Below are positions 18,818 to 27,723 of a stretch of DNA of 45,033 nt, piece by piece. Position 1 is the first letter of the stretch. Every line of letters starts with the position of its first letter. This DNA is from a virus (Duplodnaviria; Caudoviricetes). The translations under genes and the position numbers were made by a program. Under the pieces are notes generated by a model. That model was not told the origin of the DNA. It worked only from the letters and a program-made list of their open reading frames with translations, and ran no database searches. The DNA lies in IMG/VR virus record IMGVR_UViG_3300049049_000047, positions 1-45,033 of that record; one strand, 5' to 3'.

Positions 18818-20661
18818 TGGCCGGACCTTGGGAAAAGTACGCAGCGCAGACGGAAAGCGGCCCGTGGACGAAGTACCAGAGTGCTGTCCCTCAAAAGGCA
18901 GAAACCAGCCTTTCCGACGACATTAAGCAGGGCGCTGGCAACATTGCCGCCGGTCTCGTTCGCGGCGCTGGCTCCATTGGCGCGACTATCCTTGCACCAG
19001 TTGATGCCGCTGCCCGTGCCGTCGGTGTTGAAAACAGTTGGATCGGACGCAAAGATCGCCGCGAAGCGATGAATGCGGGACTGGCGTCAATGGGCGCTGA
19101 AGCCGATTCCTTCGGCTATGGCCTTGGGAAGCTGGCCGGAGAAATCGCTGGAACGGCAGGCGTCGGCGGAGTTCTCGCTAATGGCGCTCGGTTTGCCGCT
19201 CCTTCTGCCATAGCTGCATCTCCGCGACTCGCTCAGCTTGTATCGGCCATTGAGTCAAGCGGCTTCACTACAGGCGCACCTGCAGCGACAACAACTATTG
19301 GCAGGCTTGGCAATATGCTGACTCGGTCGGCTGGTGGGGCTGCAACAGGTGCTGGCGCTGCTTCATTAATCAATCCCGACGATGCTGCAACTGGCGCGTT
19401 AGTCGGTGCTGCAATGCCGCCAGTAATTGCGGGAGTTGGACGCGCAGGGGATTATGCATCACGGGCGGTTGGCTCAGTTGTTAAGCCGTTCACCCGCGCA
19501 GGTCAAGATGAAATAGCGGGTAACGTGATTCGACGCTTTGCCGAGGGTGGGCCGGCCACAATCAATTCAGCGAAATTTGTTCCGGGATCGGTTCCAACTT
19601 TAGCCGAGGCAACCGGCAACGCGGGAATAGCCACGCTGCAGCGCGGCGCTCGGGATCTTCGCCCTAATGCGTTTGTTGAGCGAGAGGCGCAGAACGCCGC
19701 AGCTCGTTTGACGGCTTTCGATGATGTGGCGGGGGATGCTGGGAAACTTGATTTCTTTAAAGCTTCTCGTGGACAGACCGCCGGAGAATTGTATGACGCC
19801 GCGTTGAATCGGCAACCTGAGCCGTTGACGCCATACATCAAAGGGCAAATCACGCAGTTGCTCAAGCGGCCGTCGATTGATGCGGCAAGCCGTCGCGCCC
19901 AGCAGTTGGCAATGGAGCGCGGCGAGAAGCCGGCGGCAGTGGGTAGCCTTCGCGCCTTGCATGATGTGAAGACCATACTTGACGATGACATTGCTGAAGC
20001 AGTCAGGGCCGGTAAGGGAGGTCACGCCGAGGCGCTTCAAAAGACAAAGGCAAAGCTTCTGGACGTGATGGAGAAGCTCAGCCCTGAGTATGGGGAGGCT
20101 CGCGTGACCTACGCGGAGATGAGCAAGCCCATCAATGCGATGGAGACGCTGCAAGGGCTGCGCCTTACTGATGCTCAGGGGAACATCACTCTGGCAAAGA
20201 TTCAGAACGCTATTCGTGGCCTTGAGCAGGCGCGTTCCGCTCCTGGCGCAAACGCAGCAAAGTCTGTGGCTGACGATCAGTTAAACACGTTAATGGCGAT
20301 CCGTGACGACCTTCTGCGCCAATCGAATCTTGGTGCCGGCAGGTCTATTGGTTCCAACACGTTCCAGAACCTTGCAACTGACAATATCTTGAATTCGATG
20401 GCCGGGAACACATTGACCCGACTTGCTGAAAAGACGGGTGTTGCTGGCGCTTTGGGGCAGGTTGGAAGGTTGGCTTATAGCGGGCCGAACGAGGCAATCC
20501 GCAACCGATTGGTTGACATGATGTTAGACCCGCAATTGGCAGCACCGGTATTGTCTGGTGCGCCGCAGCTGCCGCCTAACGCGCTGACCCGTCTTCTGAA
20601 TGATCCTCGCGTTCAGCAGCCGCTTTACCGCGTAGGTCCTCTTCTAACGAGCGACCGGTAA
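18817..20661 (+). CDS. DNA ejection protein (gp16-like position)
   Basis: MAGPWEKY...GPWTKY start; Ala/Gly rich; third ejection-gene position. Confidence 0.7.
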   Translation: MAGPWEKYAAQTESGPWTKYQSAVPQKAETSLSDDIKQGAGNIAAGLVRGAGSIGATILAPVDAAARAVGVENSWIGRKDRREAMNAGLASMGAEADSFGYGLGKLAGEIAGTAGVGGVLANGARFAAPSAIAASPRLAQLVSAIESSGFTTGAPAATTTIGRLGNMLTRSAGGAATGAGAASLINPDDAATGALVGAAMPPVIAGVGRAGDYASRAVGSVVKPFTRAGQDEIAGNVIRRFAEGGPATINSAKFVPGSVPTLAEATGNAGIATLQRGARDLRPNAFVEREAQNAAARLTAFDDVAGDAGKLDFFKASRGQTAGELYDAALNRQPEPLTPYIKGQITQLLKRPSIDAASRRAQQLAMERGEKPAAVGSLRALHDVKTILDDDIAEAVRAGKGGHAEALQKTKAKLLDVMEKLSPEYGEARVTYAEMSKPINAMETLQGLRLTDAQGNITLAKIQNAIRGLEQARSAPGANAAKSVADDQLNTLMAIRDDLLRQSNLGAGRSIGSNTFQNLATDNILNSMAGNTLTRLAEKTGVAGALGQVGRLAYSGPNEAIRNRLVDMMLDPQLAAPVLSGAPQLPPNALTRLLNDPRVQQPLYRVGPLLTSDR

Positions 20662-20743
20662 AGAGCCGATAAAAGAAATTGGCGAAAAACGCCAAGATTG
20701 CAAGGACGATCAGTTTCGTCCAGAGATAGTCCGTAAATTCCAT
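20576..20743 (-). CDS. Small membrane protein (55 aa), candidate superinfection exclusion moron
   Basis: MEFTDYLWTKLIVLAILAFFANFFYRLF...; AGGAGG SD; TGnTATAGT extended -10 upstream; not in ORF track. Confidence 0.65.
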   Translation of the reverse strand: MEFTDYLWTKLIVLAILAFFANFFYRLFTGRSLEEDLRGKAAAEREDHSEDGSAR

Positions 20744-20833
20744 AACCCCCGCCTCCTGCGGGATCTAGCGTTTTAGCCAGAAAACTATACCACAGGCCAG
20801 AAATAGCCTTATGAAGTAGCGCAGCGCCAAAGC

Positions 20834-20905
20834 AAAAGCCCCGACTGTTTGCAGCAGATCGGGGCTTTTTATTTCCCCTCGTATCTCACCTACGAAAGGA
20901 CATGA
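20834..20905 (-). ncRNA. Putative sar-like antisense RNA
   Basis: Bidirectional hairpin AAAAGCCCCGA...TCGGGGCTTTT; minus-strand TGnTAAACT -10 in the start of the downstream ORF; would cover its SD. Confidence 0.5.
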
Positions 20906-21049
20906 GTGAAGTTTACCAAAGAGATGACACGAATGTTAGAGCTATTTGCCCAGCATAAGTCGTTACGAGCGATGTACTACGCCGGTCTTGGTATCGGTTA
21001 CATGCTCGCCGCCGCCGCACTACTTCGGGCCATCGCAGCATTCCAGTAA
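20906..21049 (+). CDS. Small hydrophobic peptide (47 aa), type I toxin-like
   Basis: GAAAGGA SD plus GTG; C-terminal hydrophobic helix YYAGLGIGYMLAAAALLRAIAAF. Confidence 0.55.
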   Translation: MKFTKEMTRMLELFAQHKSLRAMYYAGLGIGYMLAAAALLRAIAAFQ

Positions 21050-21068
21050 TCCACAAAACACCCATTTG

Positions 21069-21127
21069 AGCCGCCCCGAGCGGCTTTTTTTTCGCCTCAA
21101 GCCCGGTTCGTCCGGGCTTTTTCTTTT
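21069..21127 (+). terminator. Two tandem Rho-independent terminators
   Basis: AGCCGC/GCGGCT plus T-run and AAGCCCGG/CCGGGCTT plus T-rich run. Confidence 0.75.
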
Positions 21128-21140
21128 GGAGCGCCCAAAA

Positions 21141-23462
21141 ATGGCCGGAACTCTTCTTCCGCTGGCAAAACAGATCATCCCTGACAACTCGTTCAATCCT
21201 GGCGTCGGTTGGAAGATCTACACCTATGAGCCGGGCACGCTGACGCCCAAGGCGACGTACCAGGACGCGGCGCTGACGACTCCGAACGCGAACCCGGTTG
21301 TGGCGGATGCGCGCGGCGAGGTCATCATGTACGGCTCGGGCCTGTACCGCGTCATCCTGAAAAACGCGGCCGACGTGACGATTTACGATCGCGATAACGT
21401 AGGGACGCCGGACCTTTCCGGGAGCAGCGGCTCTAGTCTCGTCGGATTCATTCAGGACAGCGATGATGCAGTCGCCCGGACGATGCAGGACAAGGCCCGC
21501 GAAGTCTTTAGCGTGACCGACGTGATGACCGCCGCACAAAAGACGGACGCGCTGCTGCCCAGCCCCACGCTTGACCTGCAAGCCAAAATTCAAGCAGCGG
21601 TAGACGACATCACATCACGAGGCGGCGGCAAGCTGATCTTCCCCGCTCCTTACACCTACCGCATGGACAGCGGTGTTACCGGCATCGGAAGTGATGTTGA
21701 GCTGCATATCGAGGCTGGGGCCGTTATCTCCCTCGCAAATGCGCCTACCAGCACTATTGCCTTTACCGCAGCAGGCACCGAAGGCACGGCTTACAGCTTG
21801 AGCGTCAATGCTACGGCGGGAGCCTTTACCGCGACGATCAGCGCGGCCAACCTCGTTTCCTCTGGTATCGCGTCCGGTGACTGGGTGCGCATCGCCTCAG
21901 ACGAAATCTTTGATCCGGGCCGCACTGACTCCGAATGCGGCGAGCAAATCCGTGTGGCATCTGTGAACACCGGAACTGGCGTCATCACGTTCTACACGCC
22001 TCTTGCGGACAGCTACGCGACAGCCGACAGCGCGACGATTTCCAAGATCACGCACGTCCGCAATGTTTCCCTTACCGGAAGCGGCGAGATTCGCGGCGCG
22101 GGCAACAACGCAAAACAATGCGGTATTGCCGTGTATCTCGGCTACCGTCCGCACGTTGGAAACATCCTGTTCCGCAAGACCGATGGCCGCGCCATCTGGT
22201 ATCGCGACGTAGTGGGCGGGACAGGTCACTTCCCGCGCTTCGCTGATTACGACCTGGTCGGGACTTCTGGCTATGGCATCAGCGTTGACAACGCCACGCA
22301 GGATTGTGTGTTCGTCGGTGCCGTTGGCGAGCAAGTTCGCCACCTCTTCACCACCAACAATTCCACGGCCACAAAGGGCATCCCGCGCCGAATCCTCATG
22401 GCAAACTGGAATATCACCAATAGCGCCCCAGCCACGGAGGGAAGCGCGGGCGGTGGCGACGCAATTGATACCCATGCAGCAGCGGAAGACATCCACCTGT
22501 TGAACGGTGTCATCCAGGGGGCGACAGGACAGGGCGTCAATTTCGAGTGCCGGTCGGGCTCCATTGTCAACGTGTATATCTATGACGCTGCCGACAACGG
22601 TGCCGCGGTTCATAACGAAACGGGCCGCGACGGTGATTACGTATTGAAGAATGTCCGTGCGTACCGCTGTGGAGGCGATGGCGTAAAAATTACCGGTGTT
22701 AAGAGTGGCATCGAGCGTCTCGAAATGGACGGCGTGTCTGGCGACGATTGCGATGGCTTCGCCATATCGGTTAATTCCCTCTCGAGCTCAATAGCTGTTG
22801 ATTACGCACTACTGAGCAATCTCTCGGGCGCAAGGAATGGAAGCGCCAGCGGCTGCATTTATCTCAGCAAGATCAACGGCGGCGGCCTTAAAGGTGCATA
22901 CAGCCTCGAACCCCCTGCTGCCGGTTATGGTGTCCGCCTAAGCGATTCGACTAACTTTTCCATTAATGGCGTGGGTGGCAAGTTGTCGTCTGCCGCTACC
23001 GGTGCGCTGCTCTTTATTGATGCGACATCGTCCGGGCTGACGACTGACATCACTGTTGACGACGTGATTGGCGAGAGCCCTTCTGCAGCCTCATCGTTTG
23101 GCATTCGCGTTAGCTCCAATGCAAATAATGTCACCGTAGGCCAAAACTGGCATCTCAGCACCTTCACCACGCCAATAAGCTGGGGCACCGGAACAGGACA
23201 TAAGGGCGGCTATCTCACGGGTTCAGCGACTTATGACCCGGCATCGATTGCCAGCGGCTCCGGCGTCACAACATCAGTCACGGTTACGGGTGCGGCAGTA
23301 GGCGACAAGGCAGAAGCTACGTTCTCCAACTCCTTGCAGGGCATCGTTTTGACTGCCTATGTGGGCTCTGCTAATTCGGTTTCCGTACGCTTCCAGAACG
23401 GAACGGGCGGGGCGCTTGATCTCGCAAGCGGCACATTGAAGGCCGTTGTTACGAAAATCTAA
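21141..23462 (+). CDS. Tailspike/receptor-binding protein with beta-helix (polysaccharide depolymerase-like)
   Basis: True start MAGTLLP at 21141 (GGAG SD); KIYTYEPGT..PKATYQD head-binding domain; VARTMQDKARE, IQAAVD..GGGKLIFP, DAIDTH motifs. Confidence 0.88.
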   Translation: MAGTLLPLAKQIIPDNSFNPGVGWKIYTYEPGTLTPKATYQDAALTTPNANPVVADARGEVIMYGSGLYRVILKNAADVTIYDRDNVGTPDLSGSSGSSLVGFIQDSDDAVARTMQDKAREVFSVTDVMTAAQKTDALLPSPTLDLQAKIQAAVDDITSRGGGKLIFPAPYTYRMDSGVTGIGSDVELHIEAGAVISLANAPTSTIAFTAAGTEGTAYSLSVNATAGAFTATISAANLVSSGIASGDWVRIASDEIFDPGRTDSECGEQIRVASVNTGTGVITFYTPLADSYATADSATISKITHVRNVSLTGSGEIRGAGNNAKQCGIAVYLGYRPHVGNILFRKTDGRAIWYRDVVGGTGHFPRFADYDLVGTSGYGISVDNATQDCVFVGAVGEQVRHLFTTNNSTATKGIPRRILMANWNITNSAPATEGSAGGGDAIDTHAAAEDIHLLNGVIQGATGQGVNFECRSGSIVNVYIYDAADNGAAVHNETGRDGDYVLKNVRAYRCGGDGVKITGVKSGIERLEMDGVSGDDCDGFAISVNSLSSSIAVDYALLSNLSGARNGSASGCIYLSKINGGGLKGAYSLEPPAAGYGVRLSDSTNFSINGVGGKLSSAATGALLFIDATSSGLTTDITVDDVIGESPSAASSFGIRVSSNANNVTVGQNWHLSTFTTPISWGTGTGHKGGYLTGSATYDPASIASGSGVTTSVTVTGAAVGDKAEATFSNSLQGIVLTAYVGSANSVSVRFQNGTGGALDLASGTLKAVVTKI

Positions 23463-23488
23463 CCCGCCCCCGCCTAGAGCGGGTTTTT
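23461..23488 (+). terminator. Terminator after tailspike
   Basis: AACCCGC...GCGGGTT plus T-run. Confidence 0.65.
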
Positions 23489-23513
23489 CATTTTCTCCAA
23501 CAAAAAGAAAGCC

Positions 23514-23690
23514 ATGAATATGCCAAACATAGACCCTGAAGTTCAGAAGCAAGCAGTAAAGGAGGCGCTGCGCGAGTGGCTTAACGATCAGTTTGCCGCC
23601 TTCGGTCGGTGGACGTTCTACGGCCTTATGTCGGCTGCTTTTGCAGGATTGGTGTATCTGGCACTGACAGGTTCGGGGTGGCACAAGTGA
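23514..23690 (+). CDS. Single-TM lysis-module protein (holin/antiholin-like, 58 aa)
   Basis: MNMPNIDPEVQKQAVKEALREWL...FYGLMSAAFAGLVYLAL; GTGA overlap with endolysin. Confidence 0.7.
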   Translation: MNMPNIDPEVQKQAVKEALREWLNDQFAAFGRWTFYGLMSAAFAGLVYLALTGSGWHK

Positions 23691-24097
23691 ACCTCGATCT
23701 GCTGGAGAAGGAACTAACCCGTGACGAGGGTAAGAAGGCCAAGCCCTACAAATGCACGGCGGGGAAAACGACCATCGGCATAGGCCGGAATCTTGACGAT
23801 GTAGGCCTTTCGGAAGAGGAGATCCGCTTTCTCTTTAAGAACGACATTGCCAGGGTTTGCGCCGATCTGGACAAGCGCCTGCCGTGGTGGAAGTCGTTGA
23901 GCGAAGCCAGGCAGAGAGTGCTTGCCAACATGGCCTTCAACCTCGGGATAGAAGGCCTCCTTGGCTTTAAGAACACGCTGGCAAAGATGCAGGCCGGCGA
24001 TTACGTTGGCGCTGCCGGTGGCATGCGGGCATCCCTTTGGGCAAGGCAGGTTGGCGCACGGGCTGAGCGGCTGGCGCAGATGATGGAGGCAGGATGA
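23687..24097 (+). CDS. Endolysin, T4-like lysozyme (GH24)
   Basis: DEG....Y.CTAGKTTIGIGRNL, VLANMAFNLG, SLWARQVGARA. Confidence 0.92.
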   Translation: MNLDLLEKELTRDEGKKAKPYKCTAGKTTIGIGRNLDDVGLSEEEIRFLFKNDIARVCADLDKRLPWWKSLSEARQRVLANMAFNLGIEGLLGFKNTLAKMQAGDYVGAAGGMRASLWARQVGARAERLAQMMEAG

Positions 24098-24294
24098 ACA
24101 AGCTGAAGAAGATACTGAAGTCCAAGACGATGCTGTTTTCCTTGCTGCTTGTCGTGTTTGGCGTCGTTGAAGCCAATTTAGCGCTGTTCCAGTCTTTCAT
24201 CCCGCCTCAGTACTGGGGCTTGGTGGTTACTGGTATCGGCATCGTCACGGCCGTTCTGCGGTTCGTTACCACTACCAGCCTGGACGAGAAATGA
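24094..24294 (+). CDS. Holin-like protein (2 TM)
   Basis: Two hydrophobic segments; basic N-terminus; lysis cassette. Confidence 0.75.
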   Translation: MNKLKKILKSKTMLFSLLLVVFGVVEANLALFQSFIPPQYWGLVVTGIGIVTAVLRFVTTTSLDEK

Positions 24295-24773
24295 ACGCCC
24301 GGCTTGCAGCGGCGCTCGTGGTGCTGATTGCTTTAGCCGGCACGCACTGGAAAGCCTACGACTTCGGCAAGACGAAGATCCGGGCGGAATGGCAGGCTGA
24401 AAAGCTGGAGGCGGAGAGCCAAGCTGAAGTCCTGCGCCTTACCCGCCAATCAAGCGTCAACAGATCCGCCAAAACATTCGCCACGAACGCCGCAAAGGCC
24501 CGCCAAACCACGCAATCCAATCTCGCAAAGGTTGAAGAATATGCGCCATCTACTCATCCCCATCTGCCTGGCACTTTCCGCCTGTGGCACGACGCAGCCG
24601 CTACCGGCGAAGCGCTTGACGGTGCCAGCGGAGCTGATGCTCCCAGCGTCCCCCTTAAGGAAGCTGCCAGAACTGTTGCCGAAAACTATGCCGACGCCCG
24701 ATATGACCAACAGCGTCTAGAGGCGCTGCAGCAAATCGTGAAGGATTCCGGCTGTTTTGATGTGGGGGAGTGA
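24291..24773 (+). CDS. Rz: Inner-membrane spanin (Rz-like)
   Basis: N-terminal TM helix, helical periplasmic part, embedded lipoprotein ORF. Confidence 0.8.
   Translation: MNARLAAALVVLIALAGTHWKAYDFGKTKIRAEWQAEKLEAESQAEVLRLTRQSSVNRSAKTFATNAAKARQTTQSNLAKVEEYAPSTHPHLPGTFRLWHDAAATGEALDGASGADAPSVPLKEAARTVAENYADARYDQQRLEALQQIVKDSGCFDVGE
24541..24720 (+). CDS. Rz1: Outer-membrane spanin lipoprotein (Rz1-like), embedded in Rz
   Basis: MRHLLIPICLALSA-C lipobox, Pro-rich mature part, +1 frame. Confidence 0.8.
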   Translation: MRHLLIPICLALSACGTTQPLPAKRLTVPAELMLPASPLRKLPELLPKTMPTPDMTNSV

Positions 24774-24976
24774 TGGCAACTCGCAAGAAGCCTGTAATAC
24801 CGATAGCAGCGGCGGAGTATTGCGGCAATTGCCGGTTCTACCGCAAATCAGAGGATGGCGGGCAATGCCGGCTTAACCCTCCCGTCATGTATGCGGAAGG
24901 GGAATCTTTATTCGCGGTGCGTCCGATTGTTGATGAGGACGATTGGTGCGGACAACATCAGCATCCCATTCAGTGA
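24773..24976 (+). CDS. Small Cys-rich protein
   Basis: CGNCRFY...C...PP...DDWCGQH. Confidence 0.7.
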   Translation: MATRKKPVIPIAAAEYCGNCRFYRKSEDGGQCRLNPPVMYAEGESLFAVRPIVDEDDWCGQHQHPIQ

Positions 24977-24982
24977 GGGCGC

Positions 24983-25747
24983 ATGAAGATCCTGTTTATC
25001 CCAGACTCCCAAGTTCGACCCGGCGACGACTTCGAGTTCCTGCGCTGCATCGGCAGGTACATCGTGGCGAAGAAGCCTGATGTGATAGTGCATGCCGGCG
25101 ACTTCGCGGATATGGCGAGCCTGTCTAGTTACGACAAGGGGAAGAAGTCGTTCGAGGGACGTAGATACAAAGCTGACGTGAAGGCTGCGCATGAGGCCAT
25201 GGAGGCCTTGCTTGGCCCAATGCGTGAGTACAACGAGATGCAGTTCAGGAACAAGAAGGGGCAGTATCGCCCGCGCATGGTCCTGACACTCGGGAACCAT
25301 GAGGAGCGCATCCTCCGCACGATTCAGGACGAGCCGATGCTAGACGGCGCAATCGGGATCGACGATCTGAAGTATGCGGAATATGGGTGGGAAGTGCATG
25401 ACTTCCTAGAAGTGGCGGTGATCGAGGGTATCGCGTTCTCGCACTACTTCACGACAGGGGCCATGGGGAGGCCAGCGTCGTCTGCGTCAGCGATGCTGAA
25501 CAAGAAGCATATGAGCTGTATTGCCGGCCACCAGCAGGGTAGGCAGTCGGCAACGGCGGTTAAGGCAGATGGCAGGCAGATCACGGCGATCATTGCCGGC
25601 TCATGCTACGAGCACGAGGAGGGCTATCTTGGACCGCAGGGGAACAAGCACTGGCATGGCATCATCATGCTGCACAACGTAACAGACGGTCAGTTTGACG
25701 AGGTGTATATTCCGCTGCATTACCTAAAAAGCAAGTACGCAGCTTAA
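24983..25747 (+). CDS. Calcineurin-like metallophosphoesterase
   Basis: D-x-Q, GDFAD, GNHE, GHQQ motifs. Confidence 0.88.
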   Translation: MKILFIPDSQVRPGDDFEFLRCIGRYIVAKKPDVIVHAGDFADMASLSSYDKGKKSFEGRRYKADVKAAHEAMEALLGPMREYNEMQFRNKKGQYRPRMVLTLGNHEERILRTIQDEPMLDGAIGIDDLKYAEYGWEVHDFLEVAVIEGIAFSHYFTTGAMGRPASSASAMLNKKHMSCIAGHQQGRQSATAVKADGRQITAIIAGSCYEHEEGYLGPQGNKHWHGIIMLHNVTDGQFDEVYIPLHYLKSKYAA

Positions 25748-25935
25748 AACTTCACCGCCGCCGGCCACCACTCGAACACCTCGGCGTGAGGGACAAACCT
25801 GACCTCGCCGGGTGGGCGCAGGTAAAAGCCTCGATTGTGCGGCGACCAAGTAGCCTCGCGCTTCGTCCCGTCGTGGAGGACAACAACGCAGATTTCGTCT
25901 CGTTGAAGTAGGTCCAGGGCCGAATCACTCATCAT
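25744..25935 (-). CDS. Hypothetical protein (last gene of leftward operon)
   Basis: Overlapping convergent stop with the phosphoesterase. Confidence 0.55.
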   Translation of the reverse strand: MMSDSALDLLQRDEICVVVLHDGTKREATWSPHNRGFYLRPPGEVRFVPHAEVFEWWPAAVKF

Positions 25936-26116
25936 CCAACTCCTCAAATCTCTGCGTCCTGACTGATAGGCTTTCCGGCTTCACATTCCGCTTAGCCGTC
26001 CGCTCTCCAAGCAGGGCTAGTATCTGCACGCGGCTTTCGGTTATCCCGATGACCACGGCAGGGACTAGCTGTAGCTTGTGGCGGTACATTACCTTGTCGC
26101 CTTGTTTCCAGTTCAT
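25925..26116 (-). CDS. Small SH3/KOW-like hypothetical protein
   Basis: WKQGDKV...VKPESL pattern. Confidence 0.6.
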   Translation of the reverse strand: MNWKQGDKVMYRHKLQLVPAVVIGITESRVQILALLGERTAKRNVKPESLSVRTQRFEELDDE

Positions 26117-26319
26117 TTAGCGTCTGCAATGGCTTCCATTAAAGCGGCCACCATCTTTCTGCCTGCTCGCCGTTCTTTCTTGATTCTCTTCATCTTGCCT
26201 ACAACTTCGTCCGCGTCGTAGGTGGTGTTGCACTTGGTGCAGGTCAAAGGCTTGACCGGTTCAATTAGCTCTCCACAGCAGTGGGGGAGGCAGGATGGGT
26301 TGTTGTAGTCGATAGGCAT
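26113..26319 (-). CDS. Small Cys-rich protein
   Basis: HCC...CTKC. Confidence 0.6.
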   Translation of the reverse strand: MPIDYNNPSCLPHCCGELIEPVKPLTCTKCNTTYDADEVVGKMKRIKKERRAGRKMVAALMEAIADAK

Positions 26320-26328
26320 GCCGTCATT

Positions 26329-27000
26329 TTAGCCGTGCTTCTGACTGACGGCTTGCGGGCAATCCTCGTCATGTTCGCCGTGAACCTCCGCCCGGCAGAA
26401 AAGGCATCGGCGGGAGAGCAGGTGCGTTGCGCATTCAGCGGCTTTCTCGTTGGCGTAGGCTGAATCATGGGTATAGCCGGCGTCCCAATACCCGGCGCAC
26501 CATGCCGCCTCAATCATCTGGCGCACCTCGTCATCCCTTCGCGCCTCTTCCAGCTCTGCCCGCAGCCGCTCCAACTCCTTGGCAGCGGGAATCCGGTCAA
26601 CAGGCAGATCAGGCCGCTGGGAAAGCAGGGCATTCTTCGCCACCATGTTGTCGTGATTCGCTTTCCAGTGGTCGCGCTCCCGCTCAAGCTCCCGAATCGT
26701 CACGTCCCGGCAGTCGATGCCGTCGTAATTGTGGCGAGGATCTATTTCAAGTCTCGCCTTAAGCCGCGCTATCTCGGCAATCAGCGCAAGGACGGCTTGA
26801 GGATTGGCGGCGGCGATGAACGTTGCGTCTTCCAGCTGCATGGTGCCTGCGACGGCTTGACCTGACTCCGTTGCTACTCCTGCATCAATTGGCTCATCAC
26901 ACGATTGCCAATCTGTCTGCTTCCACGGCCCCGGCGTTGCCGCTTCCGCAAGCCTCTTCAGCTCTTCCACATCTGCGCCGGTAGTCGATTGGTCGGTCAT
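26329..27000 (-). CDS. Ead/Ea22-like protein
   Basis: LAEAATPGPW...DATFIAAANPQAVLALIAEI; start at MTDQ (27000). Confidence 0.8.
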   Translation of the reverse strand: MTDQSTTGADVEELKRLAEAATPGPWKQTDWQSCDEPIDAGVATESGQAVAGTMQLEDATFIAAANPQAVLALIAEIARLKARLEIDPRHNYDGIDCRDVTIRELERERDHWKANHDNMVAKNALLSQRPDLPVDRIPAAKELERLRAELEEARRDDEVRQMIEAAWCAGYWDAGYTHDSAYANEKAAECATHLLSRRCLFCRAEVHGEHDEDCPQAVSQKHG

Positions 27001-27001
27001 G

Positions 27002-27253
27002 TCAGGCTCCCTCGGTCTCTGGCTTCTTGGCAAAAAGGTCGTACAGCGTCTTGATGGTATCGGGCAGTAACGCCCACGCGCAGTAGAAGTCGCTGGAAAC
27101 GATGTGCGCAGGCCAGATGCAAAAGCTCTGGAACTCTCCATCTTCAAACCATGCCTCGGCGATGTGATAGCCGTCGCATTGGTTGTAGAGCAGGTAATCG
27201 CCGGGTTGCGTCGGCGTTTCGCTGGCCGGGCGGAAATCGAGGTCAAATTTCAT
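27002..27253 (-). CDS. Hypothetical protein
   Basis: GGGAG SD before MKFDLDFRP. Confidence 0.65.
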   Translation of the reverse strand: MKFDLDFRPASETPTQPGDYLLYNQCDGYHIAEAWFEDGEFQSFCIWPAHIVSSDFYCAWALLPDTIKTLYDLFAKKPETEGA

Positions 27254-27272
27254 AGATTCTCCCTTATGCTGG

Positions 27273-27722
27273 TTAAGCGCTAGTCTTTGGTGGGGGGGGC
27301 TCGACAATCTTCTTTGGGAAATCGGCCATCATCTCCGCCATTTCCTCGGCGCGCTTTACTTCGTCCTTGACCCACTGCGGTGGATCAACGTTCGTCGGCT
27401 TCAGGAATGGCGTATCATCGCGCAGATAGATGCGGCCATTGGCAAAGTCGTGCATCTTGTGGCCGAGCGATTCGAACATGTCGATGCGATGATTGTGAAA
27501 TGGGCGCTCTTCGCCGCCCATCGACGGGTAGTAGCCGATGCTTTCAAACTCATCCCCGTTCTCATTGGCTCGCACGACGGCGCAGCCATACTTCCCGCCA
27601 CGGTGATGTGTTTCGTTCTCGGCCAGCGCATGGGCCTTGGTTTCGTCACTTCCGGCATAGACCAGATACCAATGTGCGTTCAGGTTGCCCCAGCGGTATG
27701 CGATCGCGATATAGGTTTGCAT
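27273..27722 (-). CDS. Hypothetical protein
   Basis: GAGGGG SD before MQTY. Confidence 0.65.
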   Translation of the reverse strand: MQTYIAIAYRWGNLNAHWYLVYAGSDETKAHALAENETHHRGGKYGCAVVRANENGDEFESIGYYPSMGGEERPFHNHRIDMFESLGHKMHDFANGRIYLRDDTPFLKPTNVDPPQWVKDEVKRAEEMAEMMADFPKKIVEPPPPKTSA

Positions 27723-27723
27723 A

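Noticed and set aside
20946-21140. N-terminal 65 aa of the 838-aa tailspike ORF
   Set aside because: Spans two terminators and another ORF; the SD and domain start support ATG 21141.
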